From Macrostomum hystrix (Eukaryota; Animalia; Platyhelminthes): a stretch of 64,000 nucleotides of DNA. Both the position numbers and the translations under genes were made by a program. The DNA lies in contig CATNEN010000001.1 in the NCBI GenBank assembly GCA_950097015.1, positions 20,088,001 through 20,152,000 on the forward strand. Reading direction: 5' to 3'. Positions within the stretch are counted from its first letter, which is position 1, and every line of letters starts with the position of its first letter. The notes beneath the pieces are model-generated. The model was not told the DNA's origin and searched no databases. It worked only from the letters and a program-made list of their open reading frames with translations. Shown here piece by piece: positions 34,411-47,900 of this stretch.

Positions 34411-35299
34411 ATGGCAGGTCAGTTGCAGCCGGCCATAGATGATTGGTACAGTGTTCTTGGCGTGTCCGAGACAGCCGAACAGTCGGCTATCAAGGCCGCC
34501 TGGCGACAGAGCTGCCTGGCGCATCACCCTGATAAGAGACTCGCTGAGCTGGCTGCAGCCGAGTCGGCTGGCCGGTTTCTGCTGGCTACTAGAGCTTATT
34601 CAGTGCTGAGAGATCCCGACACGAGGCGAGTCTACGATGCTGCGCTGGCGCTTAGTAGGAGGGGACAGGTGAGCACAGGATTATGAGATTGTGATGAGCA
34701 CGGCTGAGATAAGGGGTTTAAAGGATTCTTGAATCGATTTGGGAGTTTGGGATTTCAGTCCCAGTCTTGCATCTCCTAGACGATGAGGGATTTTGTATTT
34801 TGGGATCTCATTTCGCGATGTTTTTTATTATAAGATTCGTTAACTCATCGAGGGTTGAGGATTTTTAATGTAGACATTTTCACATCTAAAGTCTTTCTGA
34901 TCATGCAATCCTGCTAGGACCACCCGGTTCAAGAGGAACTGACCGTCGCTGAGCTGTTAGACAATCGGGTTGACGATGTCGATGGTGACAACACTCGACT
35001 AATGGACCGGCCCGTTTGCTACTGGGACTGCAGGTGCGGAGATCAGGTGAGTAAATAGTAGCAGGTCGTGTGTTCGATTTCTAGTTGAGTTCAAGTTAAA
35101 TTATTTTTTATTCCTACTTTCCCCCCAGGTGGCCATCAGTGCAGCCCACCTGTTGTCCCGTCTGCCGCTGGTCCAGTGTCACACCTGCTCACTGTGTCTG
35201 CGAATTGTTTACGACGAGTCTGAGGCTCGAACTCGCGACCTGCTGGCTAGATTAACCAAAGAAGCTGATTGGACTTCTGAACTGGATAATAATGGATAA
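34411..35299 (+). CDS. DNAJC24: Diphthamide biosynthesis J-protein DPH4/DNAJC24; exons 34411-34668, 34918-35046, 35129-35299
   Basis: J domain (WYSVLGV...HHPDK...AYSVLRDP..RRVYD) plus a CSL zinc finger (WDCRCG...VQCHTCSLCLRI). Phase-0 GT-AG introns. Confidence 0.93.
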
Positions 35300-35990
35300 A
35301 TGCACTTTTCTTCTGGCTACTATTAGTAGGCTTCTAAGTGCATTTTCTTCCTTATGCTGTTCTTCTCCTAGTACAGTTGTAAAATTGTCACGATTTCGAC
35401 ACATATCGGCTAAATATAAAAGCGGCAAATTACTTCTCGTAGTTACATTTTTTATTAAATCCATGAGAAATAAAAATTGTTTCTACAAATATTAGTTCTT
35501 TGATTAAGATTGAAGTTATTTAAATCAGAAAATGTTTTCTAAGAAACCCTGCTTATACTACTAATTTGCTGCATATGAAACAGTAGTGTGCAAGCAAATT
35601 TACAGGTGATCCAGCGTTCCAAATAGGTTTGTACCAGCTTTACATATCTTGGATTTGATAAAGACCTGATTGTACACGCACAGAAGCAAATTATTGAGTA
35701 GAAAATTTTGAGCAATTCAAAAATCTGTTATAAACGAGTACTTCCTCGATGATTACATTATTTGTTTGTTCGTTTAGTTCGGCGCGGATAAAACACTAGA
35801 AAGTAACATTTTAGTAGGTAGAAAACAATTTACAGAAGTGAAAGCATCTCTAGCTCTTTGTTCTTGCCATTAAAAACATTAGGAAACATTTAAAAGTGAA
35901 AAGTGCATGCGTATATAGTGCTTACTATAAGTAAAAATATTGGCAAATGTAAAAAGCAATGTTTGAAAAAATTGTTCCGCAGAATTTTTT

Positions 35991-38900
35991 TCACGGTTTT
36001 TCCTTCGCGTCTGATTTCTTCGACGGGCCTTTGGCGCTGGTGGGGTAGCTGATTGAGCTGCAATTGGTTTTGTGATAAGAATAGGGTAAGATCAGAATTT
36101 TTTATCTTACTGAATTTGACGACGCTACACTTGAATTGGTGAAGTTTTATTGGCTGCCGGTGGATCACGTGACACCTGCCTTCCCACATGAGAATTTTCA
36201 TTGGCTGGTGATAGTCACGTGCATTGGTCAATGCCGGGTTCCCCGCGACATTTTCTAAAAATAGCTTTTCTTCGAGTCTAATCTTTTTGTAGTCTGCATC
36301 ACTTTTCGCTCAGCAAATTTAAAATTGACTCACCCGTCCCTCTTATCGAACGCTTTGAGAACCTTCTCATTCTCTTTTCGCACAACTGAGTCCAACGGTT
36401 TACCCTCTAGGAGGGTGCCCACCGCATTGTCTCTCATGAACTTTGTGTTCTTCTTCAACGGGAAGGCCAGCGGGTTCATGTCCCGTTGTGCGGAGGCCCG
36501 CCTCCTGTACGCTGGTGTGTACTTCAGGTCTGACATGTCCAGGGGATTGCTCAGGATGTTGTCGTGGAAGGATAGGAAAAGCGGAATGTAACACAGGTAG
36601 TCCAGGAATGAAATCTGTGGAGCGGAGTAGAGCTTATTAATTATTTCTAAACAGTTGTTTGCAAATTCTCAAATTCTCAAATCATACGCTTGTAGGACTA
36701 GAATAGTCTATGGGTCTGGCTGCTCATCAAAGTGCTAAAATAGTCTAGGGTCTGGCGGCTAATCAAAGGACTTAAAAAACCAAGGGTCTGGCGGTGCATC
36801 AAAGGACTAGAATAGTCTATGGGTCCGGCGGCTCATCAAAGGACTAGAATAGCCTAAAGTGTGTCGGCACATCAAAGTACTTGATTAATCGAAGGTACAT
36901 CAAAGAACTAGCTAGAATAATCTAAGGTATGTCGGCTCCTCAAAGGACTAGAGTATGTATAAGTGGTTGGTTCGTCGGCTCATCAAGGAACTCCTGCAGG
37001 CAAGCAATCAGCTCTCACCTCAAACATGTCGTTAGGCTGCAGTTTGTCGATGATGAACTCCTGCTGCTTCCAGTTGAGCCCGCCGGCCATCAGCTCGATG
37101 CGCAGCGAGTCCAGCTTGATGTAGTTGGGGTCGCGGTCCGATGGCACGTTGCAGTAGAACATGGCCTTGTAGAGTGCCAGCTTGCGCTCGATGTCAATCA
37201 GGTTGGTGATCTCCAGTAGGTCACGGCAGAATTGACTGAGAATGGTGGCGTTTGAAGCAATCTCATTAGCTTTCCAGTATACAATACACTACCGGGTTGG
37301 AATAGTTCACTTTTTTAACATCAAGAACATTCTATCAATCTAACGGATTTAAGATCTTGAGTATCTTAAAAAATCTCGAATGTTCCAGAAAATATCTGTA
37401 ATATCTAGTACAGACATAGAAGACCTCGAACATCTAGATAAGATCTAGAAGATCTAGAGAAGGCCTGGAGATCTAGAGTAGACCTCGAACATCTAGATAA
37501 GATCTAGAAGATCTAGAGAAGGTCCGGAAGGTCTAGAGAAGGCCTGGAAGGTCTAGAGAAGCCCTGGAGATCTAGAGAAGGTCCGGAAGGTCTAGAGAAG
37601 GCCTGGAAGGTCTAGAGAAGGTCCGGAAGGTCTAGAGAAGGCCTGGAAGGTCTAGAGAAGCCCTGGAGATCTAGAGAAGGTCCGGAAGGTCTAGAGAAGG
37701 CCTGGAAGGTCTAGAGAAGGTCCGGAAGGTCTAGAGAAGGCCTGGAAGGTCTAGAGAAGCCCTGGAGATCTAGAGAAGACCTGGAGATCTAGAGAAGACC
37801 TGGAATATCTAGTAAAGACGTGGAATCAAATATGTTAAAAAATCATTAAATTAATTTTTTGAACTCGAGTTCTGAAGCTCACTCCATCTTTGTGACTCGC
37901 TCGCACAGTGCCATCGCCACTGAGAACATTCTGAAAGTCATCTGGGTATTGCCATCGAATCCCAGCACCTGCAGGGCGTAGTCCACCTGCCGCTCTGACA
38001 GGCCGGCAACTGATGGCACCATGCCGATGGCTCGCTTGGCGCACTGGAGGTGACGGGTGGTTAACTCGTTAACAGCTGTGCGGCCCTATCTAACAGGTAA
38101 CCCTCCTATGGAATATGTAATTCCCTGATCTAACAGGTAAATCCTTCTATTTAATAGGTAAGTCCTTCTTTCTAACAGGTAAATACTTCTATCTAACAGG
38201 TAAATCATTCTATCTAACAGGTAAATCATTCTATCTAACAGGTAAATCATTCTATCTAACAGGTAAATCATTCTATCTAACAGGTAAATCATTCTATCTA
38301 ACAGGTAAATCATTCTATCTAACAGGTAAATCATTCTATCTAACAGGTAAATCATTCTATCTAACAGGTAAATCATTCTATCTAACAGGTAAATCATTCT
38401 ATCTAACAGGTAAATCATTCTATCTAACAGGTAAATCATTCTATCTAACAGGTAAATATTTCTATCTAACAGGTAAATCATTCTATCTAACAGGTAAATA
38501 TTTCTGTCTAACAGGTAAATAAAATACTTCTAAATAACAGATAAAACTCTTTTATAACAGTTAAGCTCCCTATCTAACAGGACACCTCCGACCTAACAGG
38601 TAAGTCCCATAGCTAACAGGGTAACAGGGTTAGCAAATAAAAAAATGCGTCAAAGGCAAATCATCGACTTTATAATATCGATCTATCAAATATGCATATA
38701 GATGGTTAGTCTACTTACTGCATTTCATGTAGCTAGCATGAAAGAAGCACTCACCCTGACATTGATCAGGCCGTCCATATCGTCGAAATCCTCCACTACG
38801 AAGGCTTTGCCGTAGGTCTCCAGCTTGGCCGGATCAACCAGGCGGTACGCGGACAGGAAGTCAATTTCGGTAGCTGTTTTTTTCAACAAAATAATCAGGA

Positions 38901-41900
38901 AAATAGTTCAAAGTTTGCACTACACTACTCAGTATTTCGTCAGTAGCACTCGCGACATTTTTAACAGCCAATTATAACTCACCTTTCTCCTCTTCCGTGG
39001 CGTTATCAGTCAGGTGCGACTTCTCAATGAGCTGCTGCATGTGGCTTGTGAGTTTCTCACCGCCTTTCTTCATGATCACTCGCATTCGCTTGATGCCCGT
39101 CACTGTCGGGGTGGGAACGCGAATTCAATGGCTAATCATTGATTAGAGATACCAGTTAGATTATTGGACATGACTTTTAGACAGCAGGGATATCCGAGAA
39201 GACAGCAAAGACAGCTTTTACAAAGTCAAGACATGTTTTATATATTCGAGACACCTGTCTCTGTTAGAAGGTAGAGACACCTGTTAGAGAGTAGAGACAC
39301 CTGTTAAGAAGTAGAGACTCCTGTTAGGAAGTAGAGACACCTGTTAGGAAGTAGAGACACCTGTAAGGAAGTAGAGACACCTGTTAGGAAGTAGAGACAC
39401 CTGTAAGGAAGTAGAGACACCTGTTAGATATTCGAGACACCTGTTAGATATTCGAGACACCTGTTAGATATTCGAGACACCTGTTAGATATTCGAGACAC
39501 CTGTTAGATATTCGAGACACCTGTTAGATATTCGAGACACCTGTTAGATATTCGAGACACCTGTTAGGAACTCACAAGTCTCCACATCGAGTTCATCATC
39601 TTCTGCGAGCTTGTCCGAGTCGATGTCCGAGTACTCTTCGATACCCCTGGTGCCGATTTTCTTGCCCTTGTAGTGCACGTCAACATCGCCGCCGAGTTTG
39701 AGTTTCAGCTGGCGCAGAATTTCCGCCTTGCTGGCATTGGGATCGATGCCCAGCGCCTGCAGCTCCTCTCGGGAGATCTTGTCCAAGTCCAGCCGCTTCT
39801 TGCCCTTCTTCAGGCGCAGCTTGCCATCGCTCGTCTTCTCAAAGTAGTCGCCGGTGTCTTCGTCGGCTGGCCGAACTGTGCGCTTCACCACATTGCCTTT
39901 CTCGTCTGGATCGCATGTGGGTTGGTTGTTCGTACATGAGAAGTTCAATGACACGTTGAGGCTTTCGATGACACGCCAGGATACTAGTGGACACCCCTTG
40001 ACACTAGTGGACACCCCTTGATACTTGTGGACACCCCACGATAGTATTGGACACCTCACAATAGTAGTGGACACCCTAAATACTAGTGGACACCCTACGA
40101 TAGTAGTGGACACCCTAATTATACTATTGGACACCCCATGATACTAGTGGACACCCTACGATACTATTGGACACCTCACGATATTAGTGGACATCCTAAA
40201 TATACTAGTGGACACCCTAATAATACTAGTGGACACCATAATTATACTAGTGGACACCCTAATTATACTAGTGGACATCCTAATTATACTAGTGGACACC
40301 CCAAAAAGATGATAGAGACAGGACAAATAAAATGACACCCTAAGCTACTAACAGACACCACAGACTACTAATCGACTCCCGAAGCTACTAAAGGACACCC
40401 AAAGCTATCTCCATCACTACTAGAGCACTACTAGACACCCAAAAAATACTCAAATCGGAGATACAAAGGCACTCCTTGAAACTCTACTCAAAGAATTAAC
40501 GCTCTAAATAAAGCCAAATGTACTAAACAAACTCACCGTACTCCAGCTCCACGACATTGCCATCCTTGTCCCTCTTCACCTTCTTCAGTATCTTGCCGTC
40601 CTTGCCTCGAATGATCTCAGCGCCGCTGTCGCTGCTGCCGGACGAATCTGGGCGGCGTCTGTCTCGCTTCTTTCGCTCCGTGCCCGGCTCGGCGTCTGAC
40701 TCGGAGTCGGCCTCGTTGCCGTCTTTCAGCTTGCGGCGGCCCTTCTCCTGCTGGCCCCAGCTGGCGACGTAAGGGGAATTTTTTTTACTTTTGATTCCCC
40801 CTTTCGTTAATGTATACATTCTGGGATTTGCCTTCTCATTAATGAACATTCTCTGAGATTCGACTTCTAATTGATGTACATTCTCTGAGATTCCCCTTCT
40901 CGTTAATGTACATTCTCTGAGATTCGCCTTCTAATTGATGTACATTCTCTGAGATTCCCCTTCTCGTTAATGTACATTCTCTGAGATTCGCCTCCTAATT
41001 GATGTACATCCTCTGGGATTCCCCTTCTCGTTAATGTACATTCTCTGAGATTCGCCTTCTAATTGATGTACATTCTCTGAGATTCCCCTTCTCGTTAATG
41101 TACATTCTCTGAGATTCGCCTTCTAATTGATGTACATTCTCTGAGATTCCCCTTCTCGTTAATGTACATTCTCTGAGATTCGCCTCCTAATTGATGTACA
41201 TCCTCTGGGATTCCCCTTCTCCTTAATGTACATTCTCTGGGATTCCCCTTCTGGATAGTGTACACTCTCTGGAAATTACCCTTCTGGTTGCGGTACCATA
41301 TTTGGGAATTTTATTCATCTCGTAAATTTGTGCTTACTTCGAACCCTGTCAATCATTAGATTTTTTTATTTAGAGACCAAAAACAAATGTGGCCTCATCC
41401 CAAAGTGCAGTTATTGGGATTTCCCATTATTGTCAAAGGTACATTTGCCAGTGTTTCCCACTCTTTTATGATCATGGGGATTCCCTTGTCCACCCCAGAA
41501 AGCCCGCTGGCGCACTCACTCATCGTGTCCCAAGCCGATGCCACGGTCGTCGGGCGGCAGGTCCTTGAACCGGCTGCTCTTGTTGTCGTACGAAACCATG
41601 CTCTTGGCTGGCGACTTCTTCGTCGAGCTCTTCTCCTTGCCGCCAGCGCCGCCGCCGCCGGCGAGCGCATTCAGCGCCTCCTCCTCGAGCTCCTGCAGTT
41701 TTCGTTTCCGTTCTTCCTTTTTGCTGTAAGAGAATTCGAAAAGTCGAATTAGCCGTAGAACTACCAAGGAAGAGTGGGGAATTTCTCCCCTGATAATTTT
41801 TCTTGCTGCACCAGAACGGACCAACACAAGCACAGGAAACTTAAGATCGCGGGCCAAATTTTTGTTGCGCATCTTCTGAAACAAGAATCAAGTCGCCAGC

Positions 41901-44900
41901 TCTACAGACCGTCGAGATATTTAATATTTCTGGCCGAAGGTCGATAAGCGATAGTGTTTAGTATTCAATACACCCCTTCAACACGAATTAGCACAGCGAC
42001 TCAGTGCAGCCTTACCAGGCCTTCAAAATGAATCAGCATGCCACCTGAACGTATTATCTCCGTCTTCGGTGGTCACCTACCTGTATCTAGTCTTGTCAAC
42101 CAATCAGTCACCCCCCAACGCTGTTAACGTTCAGGCGCTGCCAAAAAATTTTTGCGACAAAATCTCTTACTATAGCAATACTGTTAAAACCAATCTGCCA
42201 ATATAATTACGAGCAATTGGTGTTTTTGAATCTAGGAAAACACATCTAAGGCAAGATGAAGACATTTTGTTTTTTCTTCCAGCCTCCGTGGAGAATGATT
42301 ACCGAGCATTCTTATCAACCAGCTGGTTGTACTCGTCACCGTACTTCTCCCGGCGCCTGTTCTCCCTGGCCTGCTGTCTCGCCGCCCGCTCCTTCAAGAA
42401 CTCCTGCTTCTCCTCCTCTGTCATGTTCGCCATCTGCTCTCTGACAGCCTCCGAGTCTGTTGAAGCGTCTGAGAACACTTCGGAGTCGCTGCTGACGTGG
42501 ATCTCCACGCCGTTGGCCAGGCGCACAGTCTTGCCCTTGTGTTTCTTCTTGCCGTCGGCCCCAGCCGCCGCCGCCGCCGCCGCCTTCTCCTCGGCGCGCC
42601 GCACTCGCTCGCGATTGGCCTTCTTGGCCATGTTCAGCTTGCGGATTTTGCCGCCTTTGCCGTCGGAAACGGTGACGTAACTGCTTGACCGGCGGAGGAA
42701 TGTGGCGGGATTCACAGGTGTCACACGCGTACAGGCGGTGCAAAGGGGAAGGGATGTGTACAGGTGATAGGGAAATAAAACTAGGAAGAAAGCTTTGAAA
42801 AGTAAAATATAAAATGTTTTGTGAAGCTCTAATAAAATGACGGGTTGTCTTGCTAAACAAAAACTTCTTATTGAAAATCTTTTTAACTTCTAAAATATTA
42901 ATATCGCACATGTATTTTTTCCAGGGTCTGAAAATGAAGTATTATGGAACTAAATTAGTATTTTTGTCAGCATTTTCATGCATTTCTACTTACAGTAGGC
43001 TGAAAGCGCAGAAATGTTCAAATCCGTTACTCACGTGGCTGCGTCATCTGAAACAGAAAAGTTTAACAATAAATCTGCATTGGCAGGCCTTTTAAATGTT
43101 CTCCAGACTACAATTAGAGTAGAACTGACACACCCAGACATTATCTAGAAGATGACGGCAAAGAACGGACAATGAGACTAGAATGATACAATTGATGCAA
43201 TTTCCAGACGGCCTTCATAGAACTAGCGCACTGATAAAAGCGCTGAAACTCAAATTGCTCAGTCTCAAAGGTTGCCAACTAATTGCGCCTCACCTGAGTC
43301 GTACACCTCCTCCTCGCCGTGACCAATCACATTGCCCAGCTCGTCTCTGATGACCTTTCGTCGCATTGTTCGCTTCGTGCCGCCCTCGGAGGTGTCCGAA
43401 TACACCTCGTACTCTTCGCCGTTGTCGCCGCGCTTCTTCCGAGTCTTGGCACCGGCGCCGTGGCCCACAACTGGCTTCTGGCCGGCTGGTCGGGGTTGAC
43501 GGATAAAACAAGGTATATAAAATACTCTTTTCATTGTTTTTCATTTACAATGTTATAAAAAAGTTAGGATGGAAAAAGTTTTTTTGGCTTTTTGGTGGGG
43601 CTTGTAGCGTCGAACTTTACGACTTGAAGGTCGGTGGTTCGATTCCTGACTTCACCCGAAAAACGGTGCGTTGCTTCAGTCCACCCAGCTGTTAAATGGG
43701 TACCAGCATCAGCTGGGGCAAATTTCGGGTGGGTGTTTCGTCCCCCTAGATGTCAGATATTTTTTATTTTAACGAAAACATATATCCACCATAACAAAAT
43801 TAGTCAAATTAGAAGCATTATAAACACACTGCTAAAAATGGCGAGTAATTTGTTTTAATTAATGCATCTTTCTCGCTAATAGTTCCGGAAATTATATCAG
43901 TTAAATCGGTTAGAAACTAAAAAACGTATCAATAGTTTTTAATTTTAAGCTTTCTTTTGATTTCAGTGCTTACATTCTAACACAAGTAATATTAAAACAA
44001 AATTGGTTAATTTAGAAGGCTGTAAAGTCACACATAATTTTCTCGTCGGCCAGCTTCTTACTGTACTCCTCTTTCTTTCCGTAGCCGATGACATTTCCGT
44101 CGGCGTCGCGAATTCGTTCGCGCCGCATAATGTGCCGCGTGCCGTGCTCGGAGACCTCGGAAATGTACGAGTGCTCACTGTCCGAGCCGCCTACGGCACC
44201 TTCGCCACCTGCGCCCTTCTTACCCTTCCTGCCCTTCTTGCCACCCTTACGACCGCCCTGACCGCCGACGCCGTCTGAATCGCTGTCTGTCGTTGGTAGT
44301 TTATATTTCGTTCGTAAGTACTTATCTAACAGGCACAATTATAGGTTGATAGGGGACACCTGTCTAACAGGTAGGAACACTTGTCTAACAGGTAGGAACA
44401 CTTTTCTAACAGGTAGGAACTCCCGTCTAACAGGTAGGAACACCTGTCTAATAGGTAGGAACTCCCGTTTAACAGGTAGGAACGCATGTCTAACAGGTAG
44501 GAACGCCGATCTAACAGGTAGGAACGCCAATCTAACAGGTAGGAACACCTGTCTAACAGGTAGGAACAATCGTCTAACAGGTAGGAACACCTATCTAACA
44601 GGTAGGAACACTTGTCTAACAGGTAGGTACACTTTTCTAACAGGTAGGAACACCCGTCTAACAGGTAAGAACACCCGTCTAACAGGTATGAACACCTGTC
44701 TAACAGGTGGGAGCTCCTGTCTAAATAAAACAAACGAGCCTCTAATTGTTAAAAGCGGAGAGACTTACCGTGCGGGCTCTCGTACACCTCCTCCTTGCCG
44801 TAGCCGATGACGTTGCCGAATTCGTCGCGTATTTTCTGCCTCCTCCTCCTAGTCCGGGTGCCGTTCTCGCTGTACTCACTGACGTAGCTGTGCTCACTGT

Positions 44901-47900
44901 CTGAGCCGTGCTGACGCTCCTTAGCCTTCTGCTGCTGCTGCTTGATTGCCTTGGCCGCCTGCTTGAAGTCTTCGCTGTCGTCGCTGTGGTACTCCTTGGC
45001 CTCGCCGTAGGTACCGTCGGCTTTGCGCTCCCGAACAAAGACCCGCCGGGTGCCGCCCTCCGACACATCGCTGGGGAGGATAATTTTGTTGGGGATTCTA
45101 GGCTAGAGCTACAGTTTCGAGTAGAGATATATAAATGCATTTTATGATTTCAAAAGTGAGAATGGGATTTTTTTGGATCAAGAAATGGGAATGGGATCCT
45201 AGGATTAAGGAAAGTTGAGATGGGGTAGTGACTAGCAGAGAACTTCATTGCGTTTTTAATTCTCATTAGAAATACATAGATAGGCTGGGAGGGAGGTGGG
45301 TGGTAGGTGATGAGGGAGACTGTACTGTGTTAATAAATATTATATTACTGTGTCCCTTTCATTATTTCCAAATTAACTTTGTTTCGTATAGGAGTCTGTT
45401 GAGTTTCATACGTTATATTCCATGGGGTAGTACAAGGTAATAACATACTAAAGTGCTTCATTTGTAGTCACTACAAAATTAGTAAAAATAATGTGTGATA
45501 ACGCAAAAGGAATGGTTGTGGGTCTTCGTAATTGATACTAAGGATTATTAAAATACAGAAAGGATTTTCAACTGGTTCATTGGCGCATGAGTAAAAATTA
45601 ACTAGATTTTGTCACGGAAAGAAGAAATCCTTTTAAGTTGAACCGTCAAGTAGTTCTCATCCTGTAATAGTAATAACAAAGTTTCGCGTCGATTTCATAT
45701 TCTATAAATACAATTTATGAACAGCGAGACGTTTGTAGCGCATTTTTTAAGTTCTGTAGCTTAAAAAACTTTGGTTTGAAATAATCTACTTGACTGACTT
45801 AAAGCGTGAGAGAATGGCGTTTAATAAACGGCTTGGCTTGATTTATTGTAGTCTATGGCCATAATACTGCTAATAATAGTAACAATAATTGTAGGAGGGC
45901 TGCGGGCAATGGCACATCATTTGGTGACACTAGACCCGCAGCCAGCGAGAAGGCAATTCGGCCTATTTCGCTGAGTCCTGAGCACACACCATACGATACT
46001 GTACGCAGGCACACACTCACACAGGTGTGTACATCTGCCCTGACTTTCTCATCGCCAGGCAGTATACACTTCAATGTGCCTTGGAGGTTGGCCTTCAAGG
46101 GCGTAAATTGCACGACAAACCCCCCACGCGCCCAAATGAATTTGAGGTGCAGCTTGACTCCGCTGTCTATGGCCATAGGAGAGTGCCGCTTGGAATTTTC
46201 TACTTGGTTGGCTTTTTATCAACTTGATTGGCTTTTTGTCTATGGCCAAGTGTAGTTCTATGGCAGTGGCTGCTACTGCAGTGAATTTGGATTCTCAATT
46301 TGATTGACTTTTTTCTCGACTTGGCTGAAAAAAGCGATATGACATACTACATACTACACATTATTGAAATACTACACAATCTACCATTGTTCAGCTCCCG
46401 GAGTTCCTCTCACCTGAAGAAGGACTTGGCGCTGTCTTTCCCATGCTTTCTCTCGCGCCTCCTGCGTCTCCGCCTGGCCTGGCCCTCCTCATCCTCGGAC
46501 GAGTGGTAGCTCTCGCGGTCGCCGTAGGTGCCGTCGGCCTTCTTCGCCCGTCGGTAGACGTGCCTGGTCCCGCCGACGCTGACCTCGGATTTGTAGCTGA
46601 AATCCGAGGCCGAGTCGGCGTCCCGCTTGCCCTGCTTCAAGTCCTGGCGCTTCTTGACGTCGGCCGCTGTGATAATCTTGCCGCCCTTGGTCTTGTAGGC
46701 GCCCTTCTCCTTGGCGTCCTTGTTCACCTGTCTATTGAGCAGTTTATGTTGCCAGGCGAGCAGCCAGTGGCGGGTCTTAATCGGGTTCACTGTACTATTG
46801 GTATTCTACTCGCATTTTTGTCCAAAATGAAAACGATAGGTATAGGCCACAACAGGTAAACTACAGGTAAATATGGCTTTTAATTTGTCGAAATGATCAC
46901 GAGATAGTTCTCACTTTTTGTACACCCTTCCAGTCAACGGGTCCTTGACGTATTCGAACACGTTGCCATGCTTGTCCACGGTTCGTTGGCCTGGCTTCTT
47001 GGCTGCAAATCGAGTGTTGTCAAAAAATTCTGTACACAATGAAAACTGACTTGATAAAGCCAACATTGCGCATGGTTTCGTGGCTCAAATACTCACGTGG
47101 TCCCGTGTCATCATCGGAGTCCGCGTACACAGTCGACGCCTTCTCCCACTTGTCGATTTTCTCGCCGTCCTTGAGTTGCATGAAGCGCTTGAGTATGTTC
47201 GGATCGCCGCCGCTCTTCTCAAACTCTCTAAACTCCTCCTCGGTCATTAGGATCGTCTTCTCAATCAGTCTGCCGCTCTTGGTTCGAACAAAAGTCTTGA
47301 TCACTTTCATGGCCTCCTTCTGCGGCGCTGACCAGCCCTCAATTTGGCCTTCGTCCTTTGACAGGTACTTCCCCAGCACCTTACTGAGATCAGCCTTGCC
47401 ATCCTTCAGCTTCTGATAGTCTTCATCCGATATTAGAACTTTCTTTTCGATAATTCGGCCACTCTTTGTTCGAATCTTTGTAGTGATAGTGCGCATCTTG
47501 GGCGTGCTCCAGTTCTCCAGCTTTTCGTCGTCCTTGAGGTTCAGCCGTCGTCGTAGGATGGCGTTGGCGTCGGCGTCGCCTCTCTGGATCTTGTCGTACT
47601 CGTCGCGGCTGACGTAGACAATCTTCTCGATGATTCGTCCGCTCTTAGTACGCACGACAGTCTTGATTGCCTTCTGCTCCTCTTTGTCGAAGCCTTGCAG
47701 ATTTTGTGCGTCCTCCTTGGAGAGGTACTTCCGCACGAGGTTGCTGGGGTCGCCGCCCTGCTGAATAAACTGCTGGAAGTTCTGATAGTCGTCCTCTGAC
47801 ATGAAGATCACTTTTTCTACCATGCGGCCGGATTTGGTGCGAATGTAAGTCTTCACGGCGCGCACGTCTGCAGGATGATTGGCGATTAAAATGTTTTACT

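Noticed and set aside
44370-44700. Cluster of CAGGTAG (Zelda/TAGteam) sites
   Set aside because: Zelda is known from pancrustaceans and nothing here supports that lineage; the motif is part of the repeat unit.
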